From: Chiloscyllium plagiosum | Taxonomy: Eukaryota | Direction of reading: 5' to 3' | Assembly: GCF_004010195.1 (NCBI RefSeq) | Contig: NC_057720.1 | Coordinates: 7,553,117 to 7,617,116, forward strand | DNA: 64,000 bases | Part shown: in pieces, positions 1 through 12,642 of the stretch | Layout: each line of letters begins with the position of its first letter | Numbering within the stretch: position 1 is the first letter of the stretch | Notes under the pieces: model-generated | The model's database searches: none | Seen by the model: only the letters and a program-made list of their open reading frames with translations | Told to the model about the DNA's origin: nothing | Position numbers and translations under genes: made by a program

Positions 1-490
1 ATCCACCACTTCCTCTGGAAGTTCTTCCACACATGAACCACTCTCTGTGTAAAAATGTTGCCCCTCATGTCTTTTCTAAATCTTCCTCCTCTCACTTTAA
101 AAATATTCCTTCTACTCATGAAATCTCCCACCCTAGGGAAAAGACACCTGCCATCCATGTCATTGATTCCCCCTGTGATTTATAAACCTCTATAAGGTCA
201 CCCCTCAATGTCCTATGCTCTAGTGAAAAAAGTCCCAACCTATCCAGCCTCTCTTTATAACTCAAGACCTCCATTCCCAGCAACATCCTGGTAAATCTTT
301 CTGAACCCTCTCCAACTTAATAACATCCTTCCTGTAACAGAGAGACCAGAACTGGACACAGTACTATAGAAGAGGCCTCACCTATGTCCTATACAACCTC
401 AATACAATGTCTCAATGCTAAACTCAAAGGTCTGAGCAATGAAGGCAAGCATGCTCAATGCTTTTTTAACCACTCTGTCTACATCCTGAT
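1..490 (-). mobile_element. CR1-type LINE, 3' ORF2 fragment (degraded)
   Basis: Reverse complement reads as the CR1 ORF2 C-terminal region (LRGDLIEVYK-like, FFTQRVV-like motifs), colinear with younger copies at 45890-47104 and 52258-52755. Confidence 0.85.
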
Positions 491-599
491 GCAATGTCAA
501 GTAAAACCAACAGAAGGGCTAGTGTTACCAAGGGCAGATGGGTATGTTCGCAGATGCCTCTGCATGGACATTGCCTGCATAGAAGATGTAAAATGGACT

Positions 600-920
600 T
601 TTTTCATTCACAGGATGAGGGTGTCTCTGAGCAGGTCAGTGTTTATTGCCCAGAGGGCAGTTAAGAGTCAGTCACATTGCTGTGGGTCTGGAGTCACATA
701 AAGGCCAGGCCAGTAAGGATGGCAGGTTTCCTTCTCTAAGGGACATTAGTGAAGCAGATGGGTTATTCTGACAACCAATCATTATACACGTTGTTACAGA
801 TATGTATTGAATTCAAATTCCATCAGCTTCCATGGCCAGATTTGAACCCAGGTCCCCAGAATAATACCACAGTCTCTGGATTAACAGCCCAGCGATAATG
901 CCACTAAGCCATTGCCTCCC
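600..920 (-). mobile_element. tRNA-headed SINE (family 'S2') sharing its 3' tail with LINE family B
   Basis: Reverse complement starts GGGGAGGCAATGGCTTAGTGG (A-box) ... GGTTCAAATC (B-box); body GACTCCAGACCCACAGCAATGTG; same as 7264-7620. Confidence 0.75.
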
Positions 921-1451
921 CTCTACTTCTGGGCTCTCAAGATCCAAGGTGTATTTCTCAGGGAACCCAACAGCAAGTGGGTAATCATTTTGATACTCTG
1001 TTCGCAACATTGGTATCGTGGGGGATAAATGGATCTGAGGGTCAGAGGCAATGACGGGGGGGTAGCTTTCAAATGTTCTGGGTGGCTCCAAATCTGGGGC
1101 AATTGGAGGCTGAAACTTTCCTAACCTTGCAATTTGAAAACTAACTAACCGCCTTTGTTGCCTTTTAGTGTTGTTAGATCTTTGTCGACTGCCGCAGGCA
1201 CAAATGGGCCGAATGGCCTTCTCCTGTGCTGTAAAATATCTACGAGCCTAAGAGAGAGGAAGGGTCAGAAATCTATCTTGAGCAATGGTGCAAAGCCAAT
1301 ACTATCAGGCCAGGCTGCCTGTTATGTGCGGCGTCACAGTATTCAATCCTGTCGCTGTGTGTAGAATTAAATATCAGTGACTACTTATAGCAGGGGACCA
1401 AACACACACTGGTCCATTTTGATCCACTGAACAAAACAAATTTCTACCCAT

Positions 1452-1492
1452 GTGTGTGTGAGAGAGAGAGCGAGCGAGAGAGAGAGAGAGAG
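1452..1492. repeat. (TG)n(GA)n microsatellite
   Basis: Direct inspection. Confidence 0.9.
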
Positions 1493-2759
1493 CATGTGTA
1501 AGAAACTCCAACAGAACACATTCAATGTGACTGCGATATTGTGCACAGGGAGGCTGTTTGATAGTGATATTACCACAGATTCAAATCAGAATACTTCAAT
1601 TTGCTGATCACATTTTTTTGTCTAAACTACCCAAGTGGCAAGTGTAAGTCATTGAATGAAAAAAAGCAGAGCTTGAGATACAGGTGAAAATTTAACCCCC
1701 ATTTTCCAATAAGCTTTTAAGGGGCAGAAAATTGTTCCTTTAGTCTCTCCGATGTACAGTGCCTGTGGTTGTTACTGGGACTGATCCGAAGTCTGCAACC
1801 AGACACCAAGTCTGGACAGAGCAGGTAGGTTAAATCTGAGGGCTGTCTAAATTGCCCACTTCTGGGACTGAGGGGCTTCACCTCGTCTTCACAGACAGGC
1901 CGTCTCCTCTAGACAGGTTCATCTCCGACCGATCCATTTATTGAGAAATTGAAAATCAAGTGGTCTCCTTAGGCAGGTTTCCCTCTGCATTATTCATGAC
2001 CAGGAGTGAACCTGACCGAGACCAGCGGTCGTGATAGACGCACAACTGTAAATGGGCTAACTATATTGGCAAGAGATAATTCAGTATATCCATCACGGAG
2101 GGTGATTGATAACTCTTCCCCAGACTAAAACTTGATCAATGTGTTGCCATGTCTCACTGGTTAAGGGCAGAACCCATCGCATTTCCAGCAGATACAGACT
2201 GCTGGGTCTATTAGGCAAACTGAGAGTCTGCATAATCTTAAACAAGAACACTACCAGTAGACCAGATAATGAAGGCTAACTAATGTAGACAGCAGAACCC
2301 AAGGACACAAAATTCAAAGCTAATTTACAAAAACATTATTATTTCAATGAGCCACTGATCAATCTATGGAACAAGCTCCTGAGGGAGCATTAGCTCGAAG
2401 AAGTTGGCAGTTTATCATTCAAATGCAAATGAGATAGCTTTATTTCAGAAAATACCTTTTTTTTTGGATACAGAATATGAGCAATTTGAGATATGAGATG
2501 TGGCAAGGGTTGCATGTTTTGGAAGAACAAACAACTCCTGGACCTGTGTTTCCCAAAGCTTTCCATCTTTTATGTCCCGCTATTGTGGACTAATTGATGA
2601 AGATTGATCACTTTATTCAACAACTCTGTTACTGTGCTGCCGAGGGGGGCAGCAGGCAAATCCTCAATCCTTCTCCAACTCATAATTCCTAATTGCCCAG
2701 TATTGTGAGTCTGCCTGGGACCGTTTCCCCAGAAGCGGCTTCTAATTTTTCATTATTTA

Positions 2760-3052
2760 GGGCGACACGGTGGCTTAGTGGTTAGCACTGCTGTCTCACA
2801 GCGCCAGGGATCTGGGTTTGAATCCAGCAGCGGTCAACTGTCTGTGTGGAGTTTGTACATTCTCCCCGTGTCTGCATGGATTTCCTCCCACAACCCAAAG
2901 ATGTGCAGGTTGGGTGAATTGGCCATGTTAAATTGCCCATAGTGTCCAGGGATGTATAGGACAGGGGCAAATGTAGGCTAATTGGGTAGGGGAATGGGTC
3001 TGGGTGGGTTACTCTTCGGAGGGCCTATTTCCACACTGTAGGGATTCTATGA
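2760..3052 (+). mobile_element. HE1-type V-SINE
   Basis: GGCGACACGGTGGCTTAGTGGTTAGCACTGCTG tRNA head; V-domain TGTGGAGTTTGTACATTCTCCCCGTGTCTGC; CR1-like tail. Confidence 0.9.
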
Positions 3053-3059
3053 TTATTCA

Positions 3060-3285
3060 CTCATGAGACCAGAGTGTTGTTGGCTGGGCCTGTATCTATT
3101 GCCAGACGCCCCTTGAGAAGGTGGTAGTGAACTGCCTTCTTGAATCGCTGCAGTCCGTGTGCTGTAGGTAGACCCACAATACCCTTGAGCAGGGAATTCC
3201 AGGATTTTGACCCAGCAACAGTGAAGGAACGGTGATATATTTCCAACTCAGGATGGTGAGTGGCTCAGAGGGGAACTTACTGGTG
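3060..3285 (-). mobile_element. LINE family B 3' end
   Basis: Reverse complement contains GGTCAAAATCCTGGAATTCCCT...AAGAAGGCAGTTCACTACCACCTTCTCAAGGGG, as at 6590-6700. Confidence 0.8.
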
Positions 3286-3699
3286 GTTTCACACAGGGAC
3301 CCTGTTCAATTTATGAAATGCCACATCCAGTGAAATATATCTCAATGTCAATCTCTGACTCAGATGTGAATATAACAGTGGTATTTGAAACCACACGTTT
3401 TCAGCTAGGTAAGTCCGAGTGTGACTAACTTATCAAAGCAATCGTAAGAAACATATAAGGGAATGGAGGGAACGCATTCTGAATGTGAAAACATAGAAAA
3501 CAGGAACAGAAGTAGGCCATTCGGCCCATTGAGCCTGCTCCACCATTTTACATGAATTGTGGCTGATCATCCAACTCAGTTCCCTGTTCCAGTTTTCTCT
3601 GTATACTCTTTGATCCCTTTAGCCCTAAGAACAATATCTAACTCTTACTAATGATTGGAAGAGAGTTGCTAGATCTGAATATGAATTCAACTTGCATTA

Positions 3700-3800
3700 G
3701 AGTCATAGTCATAGAGATGTACAGCACGGAAACAGACCCTTCGGTCTAACCCGTCCATGCCGACCAGATATCCCAACCCAATCTAGTCTCACCTGCCAGC
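3700..3800 (-). mobile_element. CR1/HER1 3' UTR fragment
   Basis: Reverse complement of the tail at 6020-6116 (CTCTATGACT repeats). Confidence 0.85.
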
Positions 3801-4301
3801 AGCAGTGAAGGCGTTGCCCTTTGAAGAAGTTGACACATTGGGCTGACAAGTGGCAAGTAACATTCGCGCCACACAAAAGCCAGGCTATGACCATCACCAA
3901 TAAGAGACAATATAACCACTGTCACTTGACATTCAATGGTGTTACCATCACTGAATCATGCAGTATCAAGAATCAGTAACAAGAATCCAGAGAAAGTATA
4001 TTCCCGTCAGGGTAAAAGGGAAGGCCGGTAGGTATAGGGAATGCTGGATGACGAAAGAAATTGAGAGTTTGGTTAAGAAAAAGAAGGAAGCATATGTCAG
4101 GTATAGACAGGAGAGATCGAGTGAATCCTTAGAGTATAAAGGAAGTAGGAGTACACTTAAGAGGGAAATCAGGAGGGCAAAACGGGGACATGAGATAGCT
4201 TTGGCAAATAGAATTAAGGAGAATCCAAAGGGTTTTTACAAATACCTTAAGGACAAAAGGTAACTAGGGAGAGAATAGGGCCCCTCAAAGATCAGCAAGA
4301 C

Positions 4302-4787
4302 NNNNNNNNNNNNNNNNNNNNNNNNNNNNNNNNNNNNNNNNNNNNNNNNNNNNNNNNNNNNNNNNNNNNNNNNNNNNNNNNNNNNNNNNNNNNNNNNNNN
4401 NNNNNNNNNNNNNNNNNNNNNNNNNNNNNNNNNNNNNNNNNNNNNNNNNNNNNNNNNNNNNNNNNNNNNNNNNNNNNNNNNNNNNNNNNNNNNNNNNNNN
4501 NNNNNNNNNNNNNNNNNNNNNNNNNNNNNNNNNNNNNNNNNNNNNNNNNNNNNNNNNNNNNNNNNNNNNNNNNNNNNNNNNNNNNNNNNNNNNNNNNNNN
4601 NNNNNNNNNNNNNNNNNNNNNNNNNNNNNNNNNNNNNNNNNNNNNNNNNNNNNNNNNNNNNNNNNNNNNNNNNNNNNNNNNNNNNNNNNNNNNNNNNNNN
4701 NNNNNNNNNNNNNNNNNNNNNNNNNNNNNNNNNNNNNNNNNNNNNNNNNNNNNNNNNNNNNNNNNNNNNNNNNNNNNNNNNNNNNNN
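4302..4787. other. Assembly gap (486 N) inside CR1
   Basis: N run. Confidence 1.
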
Positions 4788-5176
4788 GTTTGACAAGGTT
4801 CCCCATGGGAGGCTGATTAGCAAGGTTAGATCTCATGGAATAAAGGGAGAACTAGCCATTTGGATACAGAACTGGCTCAAAGGTAGAAGACAGAGGGTGG
4901 TGGTGGAGGGTTGTTTTTCAGACTGGAGACCTGTGACCAGTCGAGTGCCACAAGAATCGGTGCTAGGTCCTCTAGTTTTTGTCATTTACATAAATGATTT
5001 GGATGTGAGCATAAGAGGTACAGTTAGTAAGTTTGCAGATGACACCAAAATTGAGGTGTAGTGGACAGCAAAGAGGGCTACCTCAGATTACAACAGGATC
5101 TGGACCAGATGGGCCAATGAGCTGAGAAGTGGCAGATGGAGTTTAATTCAGATAAATGTGAGATGCTGCATTTTGA

Positions 5177-5330
5177 ACATAGAACATAGAACATAGAACA
5201 ATACAGCACAGAACAGGCCCTTCGGCCCACGATGTTGTGCCGAACATTTGTCCTACCTTAAGCACCCATCCATGTACCTATCCAATTGCCGCTTAAAGGT
5301 CACCAAAGATTCTGACTCTACCACTCCCAC
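5177..5330 (-). mobile_element. Short CR1 3' end of another subfamily nested in the CR1
   Basis: (AACATAG)n tail at 5177-5200; host sequence GCATTTTG|GGAAAG is interrupted exactly here. Confidence 0.85.
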
Positions 5331-7263
5331 AGGGAAAGAAAATCTTAGCAGGACTTATACACTTAATGGTAAGGTGCTAGGGAGTGTTGCTGAACAAAGA
5401 GACCTTGGAGTGCAGGTTCATAGTTCCTTGAAAGTGGAGTCGCAGGTAGATAGGATGGTGAAGAAGGCGTTTGGTATGCGTTTGGTATGCTTTCCTTTAT
5501 TGGTCAGAGTATTGAGTACAGGAGTTGGGAGGTCATGTTGCGGCTGTACAGGACATTGGTTAGGCCACTGTTGGAATATGGCGCGCAATTCTGATCTCCT
5601 TCCTATCGGAAAGATGTCGTGAAATTTGAAAGGGTTCAGAAAAGATTTACAAGAATGTTGCCAGGGTTGGAAGATTAGAGTTTTCGGGAGAGGCTTAACA
5701 GGCTGGGGCTGTTTTCCCTGGAGCGTCGGAGGCTGAGGGGTGACTTCATAGAGGTTTACAAAATTATGAGGGGCATGGATAGGATAAATAGACAAGATCT
5801 TTTCCCTGGGGTCGGGGAGTCCAGAACTGGAGGGCATAGGTTTAGGGTGAGAGGGGAAAGATACAAAAGAGACATAAGGGACAACATTTTCACCCAGAGG
5901 GTGGTGTGTGTATGGAATGAGCTGCCAGAGGGTGTGGTGGAGGCTGGTACAATTGCAACATTTAAGAGGCATTTGGATGGGTATATGAATAGGAAGGGTT
6001 TGGAGGGATATGGGCCGGTTGCTGGCAGGTGGGACTAGATTGGGTTGGGATATCTGTTCGGCGTGGACAGGTTGGACTGAAGGGTCTGTTTCCATGCTGT
6101 ACATCTCTATGACTCTATCAACACCCCAGGACCAGAAACTCAACTGAATTTATTATGTAAACACAGTGGCTACAAGAGCAAATCAGAGGCTAGGAGTACT
6201 GTGGTGCGTAACTCATCTCCTGAGCCCCCAAAGCCTTAACACTATCTACAAAGCATAGGTCACGAGTGTGATGGAATACTACCCTCTTGCCTGTATGGGT
6301 GCAGCTCTAACAACACTCAAGAATCTTGACACATCACCATCCAGGACAAAGCAGCCCACTCGATTGGGACCACATCCACAAACATCCACTCCCTCCACCA
6401 TTGATGCTCGGTAGCAGTAGTGTGTACCATCTGCAAGATGCATTGCAGGAAATCACCCAACATCACCTTCCAAACCTCATGACCACTTTTACCTGGAATG
6501 ACAAGGGCAACAGATACATGGGAACACCACCCATTGCAAGTTCTCCTCCATGCCACTCACCATCCTGACTTGGAAATATACTGTCACTGGGTCAAAATCC
6601 TGGAAATCCCTCCTTAACATCATCATGGGTCAACTCACAGCAGGTGGACTGCAGTGGTCCAAGAAGGCAGCTCACCACCACCTTCTCAAGGGGCAACAAG
6701 AGATGGTCAACAAATCCTGGCCAACCAGTGACACTCCATCCCACAAATGAATTTCAAAAATTCCTAAAAGTCCCCATGGGAGAGTGGGATTACAGCAGTT
6801 GAAGTCATCATGGCAGCTGTTTCCATACATAGGGAACAAACAGAACTAAACGATACCAATAGCATAAGGGTTCTGAGTCTTGCTGCATTACAAATTGATA
6901 CTCACTGCATGTGTCACGCAAACAGTCCTGACAAGGAGTAGTGACGTTAGAAGGAGCTAATTTCAGATTTCTCCAACTGCCTGAATAGAATGTGTTATAA
7001 AGGAGTTTTTGACATGACAGCCCTGGAGAGGAGATACCAACCAAGCAATATCTTGTCACCCAAAGGAGGTCAGTTGCCATAACAACAGTGAGAGAGTTTC
7101 CTGCAAGGACACTCAGGACTTCGTCAGTCTCACAGCTTTTATCACCAATACCAGAGCTCCTCAGAGTAGCAGATGTGAACTGAAATGCAATGTAAAGCCT
7201 GACATTTAAAAAAGAAACAATCTTGAGCACTTTAGCTCAGTTATTGGGAAGGAATGCATAACA

Positions 7264-7620
7264 GGGGAGGCAATGGTCTAGTGGTCTATTAGAGCTAGTC
7301 TGTTAATCTAGAGATCCAGGTAATATCCTGGGGACCCAGGTTCAAATCCCGCTCATGGAGAATGGGTGTAATTTGAACTCTGTAAAATCTGGAAGAAAGA
7401 GTCTAATGATGATCGTAAGTTGATTGTCGGAAAAAAACATCTGGTTCACTGACGTTCTGTCGGGAAAGAAATCTGTCAACCGTGCCCAGTCTGGTCTACA
7501 TGTGCCTCCAGATCCACAGCAATGTGGTTGACGCTTAACTGCCCTCTGGGCAATTAGGGATGGGAAATACATGCTGGCCTAGCCAGCAATGCCCTCATCC
7601 CATGAATGAGAGTAAGAAAG
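7264..7620 (+). mobile_element. tRNA-headed SINE family S2, near full length
   Basis: GGGGAGGCAATGGTCTAGTGG A-box; GGTTCAAATCCC B-box; tail GGGCAATTAGGGATGGG...CATCCCATGAATGA shared with LINE B. Confidence 0.85.
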
Positions 7621-7624
7621 AGAA

Positions 7625-8110
7625 GTTGACCATTCAGCCTATCAATTCTGATCTGCTATTAAATGAGATCATGGCTAATCTGGTAACCCTCAACTCCACT
7701 TTCCTACTTTGGCCCACAACACAATCATTCCTCCACCAATGAGGTCCATTATCTCTTTTCCTAGATGTTTGTACTTGTTCATCTTTTCTTCCCATGCTGA
7801 TTCCTGATTAGAAAGCTGTCTGTCTCTGCCTTTGATATGCTTAAGGAACCAGCCTTGACAGCTCTCACATAGAGAATTCCACGGATTCACTACCCTCTGA
7901 GAGACGAAATTCCTTCTCATCTCTGTCTCAAATGTGTGATCCCTCATTCTGAGATGATGCCATCTGGCCCAAGACTTGCCCACAAGAGGTAGTAACCTTT
8001 TTACATCTACTCGGTCAAGAGCCCGAGGAATTTGATACATTTCAATTAAGTCACCACTCATTCTTCAAAATTCCAACAAATACAGGCCCAACCTACTCAA
8101 CATTTTCACA
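7625..8110 (-). mobile_element. Old CR1 3' fragment
   Basis: ORF 7690-8061: GDLIEMYQI.RALDRVD...EMRRNFVSQRVVNPWNSL. Confidence 0.85.
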
Positions 8111-8131
8111 TGATCGTCTTGAGTGCTCACA

Positions 8132-8765
8132 AGCAAAAACAGAAATTGCTGGAAAAACTCAGCGGGTCTGTGGAGAGAAACCAGGGTTAATGTTTTGGGT
8201 CTGGTTATCATTCTTCAGAACTAACTGTCGTGAGGAAATGGTTGGGATACAAACTAAAGATGGGGTTGGGGATGGGGATGGGGGTGGGGAAAGGAGTATA
8301 TGACAGGTGAGATGAAGCCCAGAGACAGAGAATAACAGTTGAGCAGACAAAGGAACATGTAAAGGTCAGCCTGGAAGAATGAATAGCTGCTAATGGTGAC
8401 TTTTAGTGGCTGACAATAGGTTGGTTGTGGTAGCTGCCTACATGGTAACAGGGTCTGATGTGTGGGGGTTGGGGTAAGGACATGGGAGAAGGTGCTCAGG
8501 CGCTAAAATTATTCAACTTGATCTGGAGGTCTGAAGGCTGCAGGGTCTCCAGTGGGAAACGAGGTATCATTTACTCCTCCCCTTTCTACCATCCAATCTT
8601 CAGCCTATTTACCAACATTTTCCTCACTACAATCAGTTCTGAAGAAAAGTCACAGGATCCAAAATGTAAACTCTGCTTTCTCTCCACAGATGCTGCCAGA
8701 CCTACTGGGTTTTCCCAGCAATTTCTGTTTTTGTTTTTGATTTCTGCGGCTCTTTGTTGTTTTTT
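8132..8765. mobile_element. Penelope-like element termini in inverted arrangement (minus 8132-8560, plus 8570-8765)
   Basis: AAAAACAGAAATTGCTGGAAAAACTCAGC arm and its reverse complement; G-rich pseudo-LTR; decayed hammerhead-like motifs near 8185-8222 and 8639-8672. Confidence 0.7.
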
Positions 8766-9584
8766 TTATATAGTCTTGCATGTTGTTGGGATTGCAGTTA
8801 TTGAAAATGTCCAGCATTCTCTCTTGAGATGACTTCCACCCCGTCATTTCCTGCGTGATGTTGCTGACCATTGAAGTCAGACAATGTTATGCCAAAGTAC
8901 TGGCGGTCATTGAGCTGTGCAGTGAGTTCCCTCTCCCCCCACCTGCCAAGGAGATGCAGAACACAGAGTTAGTGAGCAGGGTCAGAGCCACTGAACTCCT
9001 GGTCAACCCCCCCAGGGCTTTACTCATGAAACACGGTGTGCACGAGACACAGGAGTAGCCAAGGGCCATCCCACCAGGTGATCTACACACGTTTCTATAG
9101 GGACACCCTCAATCCCACAGTCAGCAAGCGGCTGATTACACCACCTCAAGGGCATGGAGAACAAAACTGAAGCCAAAATTGCCAGGGAATGTGGAGACAA
9201 CTCTTCCACCTGTTTCAGACAGTTGCAAAAAACCCATTTCTCAACAGCTTAATAGCAGCATGCACAATGGGTGGTAGTCTTCAAACTACAAGATAACAAA
9301 ATTATTCAAATCTACTTACAATGGCATATGGGGGTAGCTTTCTTATCTATCCATGGGATACAAGTATTGCTGTCTAAGCCAGCATTCATTGCTCATCTCT
9401 AATTACCCTTCAGAAAGTGGCAGTCTACTGCTTTCTTCAATCACTGCAGTCTATGTACAGGTACACCATAGTGCTGTTCGGGAGGGACATACAGGATTTG
9501 GACCCAGTGGCAGAGAAGGAACACTGGTCTAGACCCAGGTATGATGTTTGGAAGATCCAAATTCTTCTCACCAAAATTGTTAAT

Positions 9585-9930
9585 AGAATCCCAACAGTAT
9601 GGAAACAGACCCTTCGGCCTAACAAGTCCACACCGATCCACCAAAGAGTAACCCACCCAGACCCATTCCCCTACCCTATTACTTTACATTTACCCCTGAC
9701 TAATGCACTTAGCCTACATATCTCTGAACATTATGGGCAATTTAGCATGGCCAATTCACCTGACCTGCATATTTTTGGATTGCGGGAGGAAACCAGAGCA
9801 CCCGGATGAAACCCGCACAGAAACGGGGAGAATGTGCAAACTCCACACAGCCAGTTGCCCGAGGCTGGAATCGAACCTGGGATCCTGCCACTGTGAGGCT
9901 GCAGTGCTCACCACTGAGCCACCATGCCGC
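9585..9930 (-). mobile_element. HE1-type V-SINE
   Basis: Reverse complement matches 2760-3052 head, V-domain and tail. Confidence 0.9.
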
Positions 9931-11214
9931 CCACAACCAACGCATAACCTTTTTACAAGTCCGACCAAAGGGTCTGTTTCCATGCTGTATATCTCTATGA
10001 CTCTATATCAAATCTAACTTAACAAATACACTTCCTATCTGTGAGTTTAGTAACATCTTGCTACATTTTGTCGCAGTCCTCCTAATTTCTTGTCACCTCC
10101 AAATTTCAAAGCTGTACTCAGAACCTATTGATGTATATTAAGAAGAACTCAGAACTCACCTCAATGAAACTCCACAATCTGAATAAGTATCTTTACTTCC
10201 TGCTCTGCTTTTTTCGCCTCCACAGCCAGTTTATTATCCATTCAATGACATGTTCCCTTACTTATAAAGAATTAGAAAGCTTGTGATTTCAAGTAAACCT
10301 GTTGGACTATCACCTGGTGTCGTGTGATTTCTGATTTTGTCCATCCAAAATCAGCACTTCTGCATCATGGAAATAAAACAAAGATCTGCAGATGCTGGAG
10401 ATATGAAACACAAAGCCCTGATGAAGAGTCGCAGGACTGAAACCATTGACTTGACTTTCCTCAAACGTGCTGCCAGACTTGCTCAGTTTGTCCAACAATT
10501 TCTGTTTATGTTCCCTTCCTTCATGTATTCCAACATTAGGTGCACATCTACTATGTTATTAATTAGCGAAGGTTTTATTGGAAATCAAAACATATTGCAT
10601 CTGTTGCATTACCCCTTTCATCCTTTCTGTTATTTTTTGAAATAATTCAACAAGGTGGTTGAAGCATAATGTTCATTTTTGGGGTCTCTGTTTATAATTC
10701 TATCACCTAACTGAGGCAGGTTTCCATTTTCTTTCCTCACACTAATGTTAAGCAACAGTTCCCTCGGTTATTCTCCCTCTTGTTTTCTGTATGGGAATGA
10801 CATTCAATGCCCACCATTCTGCTGACACCTCGTATCACACAGGTACCAGGAAAGGACTATCTCAAACAAAAGATAATCTAACCACCACCCCTTGACTTAT
10901 TGCATTGCTATCGCTGAATTCACTACGATCATCACCCTGGGGGTTGCCATGAAAAGAATCTGAATTTGGCCATTTTCGATAATAATGTAGCTATAAGAGT
11001 ACGTCAGCAACTAGGAATTCAGTTCTGAGTGACTCATATGAACAAGAAACAACAGTGGGCCACTCTGCCCTTCGAACCTGCTCCCCCATCCTATAAGATC
11101 ATGGCTGAGCTGATTTTAACCTCAACTCTACATTCCTGCATATCCCCGATAACCTTTCACCCCCTTGGTCATCAAGAATCTATCTCCCTCTACCTTAAAG
11201 TTTCGGCCTTTTCA

Positions 11215-11562
11215 TACAATCCCTACATTGTGGAAACAGGCCATTTGACTCAACAAGTCCCCATCGACCCTCCAAAGAGTAATCCACCCAGACCCATTCC
11301 CCTATCCTATTACACGACATTTACCCCTGACTAATGCAATTAACCTACACATCCTTGAACACTATAAACAATTTAGCATGGCCAATTCACCCTGACCTGC
11401 ACATCTTTGGTGACTGTGGGAGAAATCCGGAGCACCCGGAGGAAACCCACGCAGACACGGGGAGAATGTGCAAACTCCACACAGACATTCGCCCGAGGAT
11501 GGAATCAAACTCGGGTCCCTGGCGCTGTGAGGCAGCAGTGCTAACCACTGTGCCACCGTGCT
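11215..11562 (-). mobile_element. HE1-type V-SINE
   Basis: Same diagnostic head and V-domain. Confidence 0.9.
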
Positions 11563-11868
11563 ACCCCAAAAACACAGGAATTCTGTCGTGAGTCCAGTTT
11601 ATTTGAACCTTGTGGAGACTTGACTCCTTAATCTTCCGGTGCATTCTCCAACTTGAAAGTCATGGCCCCTCTCCAGAGGTTTGGCCATGTTGGTCTGATG
11701 ACGCAAGCTTGTGCAGATGGAAGACTTTTTTTTCCACTCTTTCATTTTTTTTGTTGAGTGATTTAAATGTTGCAACCTTTGAGGAAGGGAATTCTGAAGA
11801 CCCACAGCCCTCTGAGAGAAAACAATGTTTGCTCATCTCTGTCTTAAATGGGCACCCCCTTATTTTAG

Positions 11869-11971
11869 AGCTGAAAATGTGTTGCTGGAAAAGCACAGCA
11901 GGTCAGGCAGCATCCAAGGAGCAGGAGAAACGACGTTTTGGGCATGAGCCCTTCTTCAGGATTTTTTTTTA
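11869..11971 (-). mobile_element. Penelope-derived single-arm insertion (family P1) with 13-bp TSD
   Basis: TSD CCCCTTATTTTAG at 11856-11868 and 11972-11984; hammerhead-like core at 11932-11959 with GAAA changed to AAAA. Confidence 0.8.
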
Positions 11972-12642
11972 CCCCTTATTTTAGGTATGACACCACGTTC
12001 TACATTCTCCGACATCCTTTCAACATCTACCCAGCCTGGTTCTCTCAGGATCTTATCTGTTTCAACTGAGTCACCTCTGAAACACCTCCTTTCTTCCCAG
12101 AGCCTTTATGTCACCTACAAGGCACAAGTCAGTAGGGTGATGGAATACTCTCCATCCACCTGAACGGGTGGAACTCCATCGCTCAGCACTCAAGAAGCAC
12201 ATCACCAACCAGAACAAAGCTGCCCGCTGAATTGGCACCACATCCACAAACATCCGCTCCCTCCACCACCGACAGTCAATGTGTATGATCTATAAGATGC
12301 ACTGCAGTAGCTCAGTAGGGCTCTTCTGACAGCACCATCCAAGCACAACACCCCCCAATCAGATGGAAGACCAGGGCAGCAGACACCACCACCTACAAGT
12401 TCCCCTCCAAGCCGCTCACCATCCTGACTTGGGAGTATATCTCTGTTCCGTCACTGTCTTTGGATCAAAATCCAGGAACTTTCTCCCTAAGAACATTATA
12501 AACAAATCTTCTCAAAACTTGCTAACATTATGAGCCTACATACATCAAATGGTCTATAGCAGCTCAAAAAGGCAGCTCACCACCACCTTCTCAAGCTAAA
12601 TTAAAATGAAAAATAATTCCTGGCCCACCCAGCGACACCAAC

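Larger units (their letters stand above)
3958..6116 (+). mobile_element. Young 5'-truncated CR1 (HER1-like) LINE, disrupted ORF2
   Basis: Peptides CWMTKEIESLVKKKKEAY...IKENPKGFYKY, FDKVPHGRL, FADDTK, RDLGVQVHSSLK, FTQRVVCVWNELP; tail CTCTATGACTCT; frameshifts present. Confidence 0.95.
3835..6760 (+). mobile_element. LINE family B (CR1/L2-group) RT C-terminus and 3' UTR, split by a younger CR1 at 3958-6116
   Basis: 3838-3957 translates WADKWQVTFAPHKSQAMTITNKRQ...TFNGVTITES; resumes at ~6117 with DQKLN...ATRANQRLGVL...IYKA.VTSVMEYYPL...IQDKAA. Confidence 0.8.

Noticed and set aside
813..1110. Pro-rich minus-strand ORF
   Set aside because: Runs into a SINE head with no donor site; no recognisable homology
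2635..2655. CTCF-like GCCGAGGGGGGCAGCA
   Set aside because: 5' half mismatches the core motif
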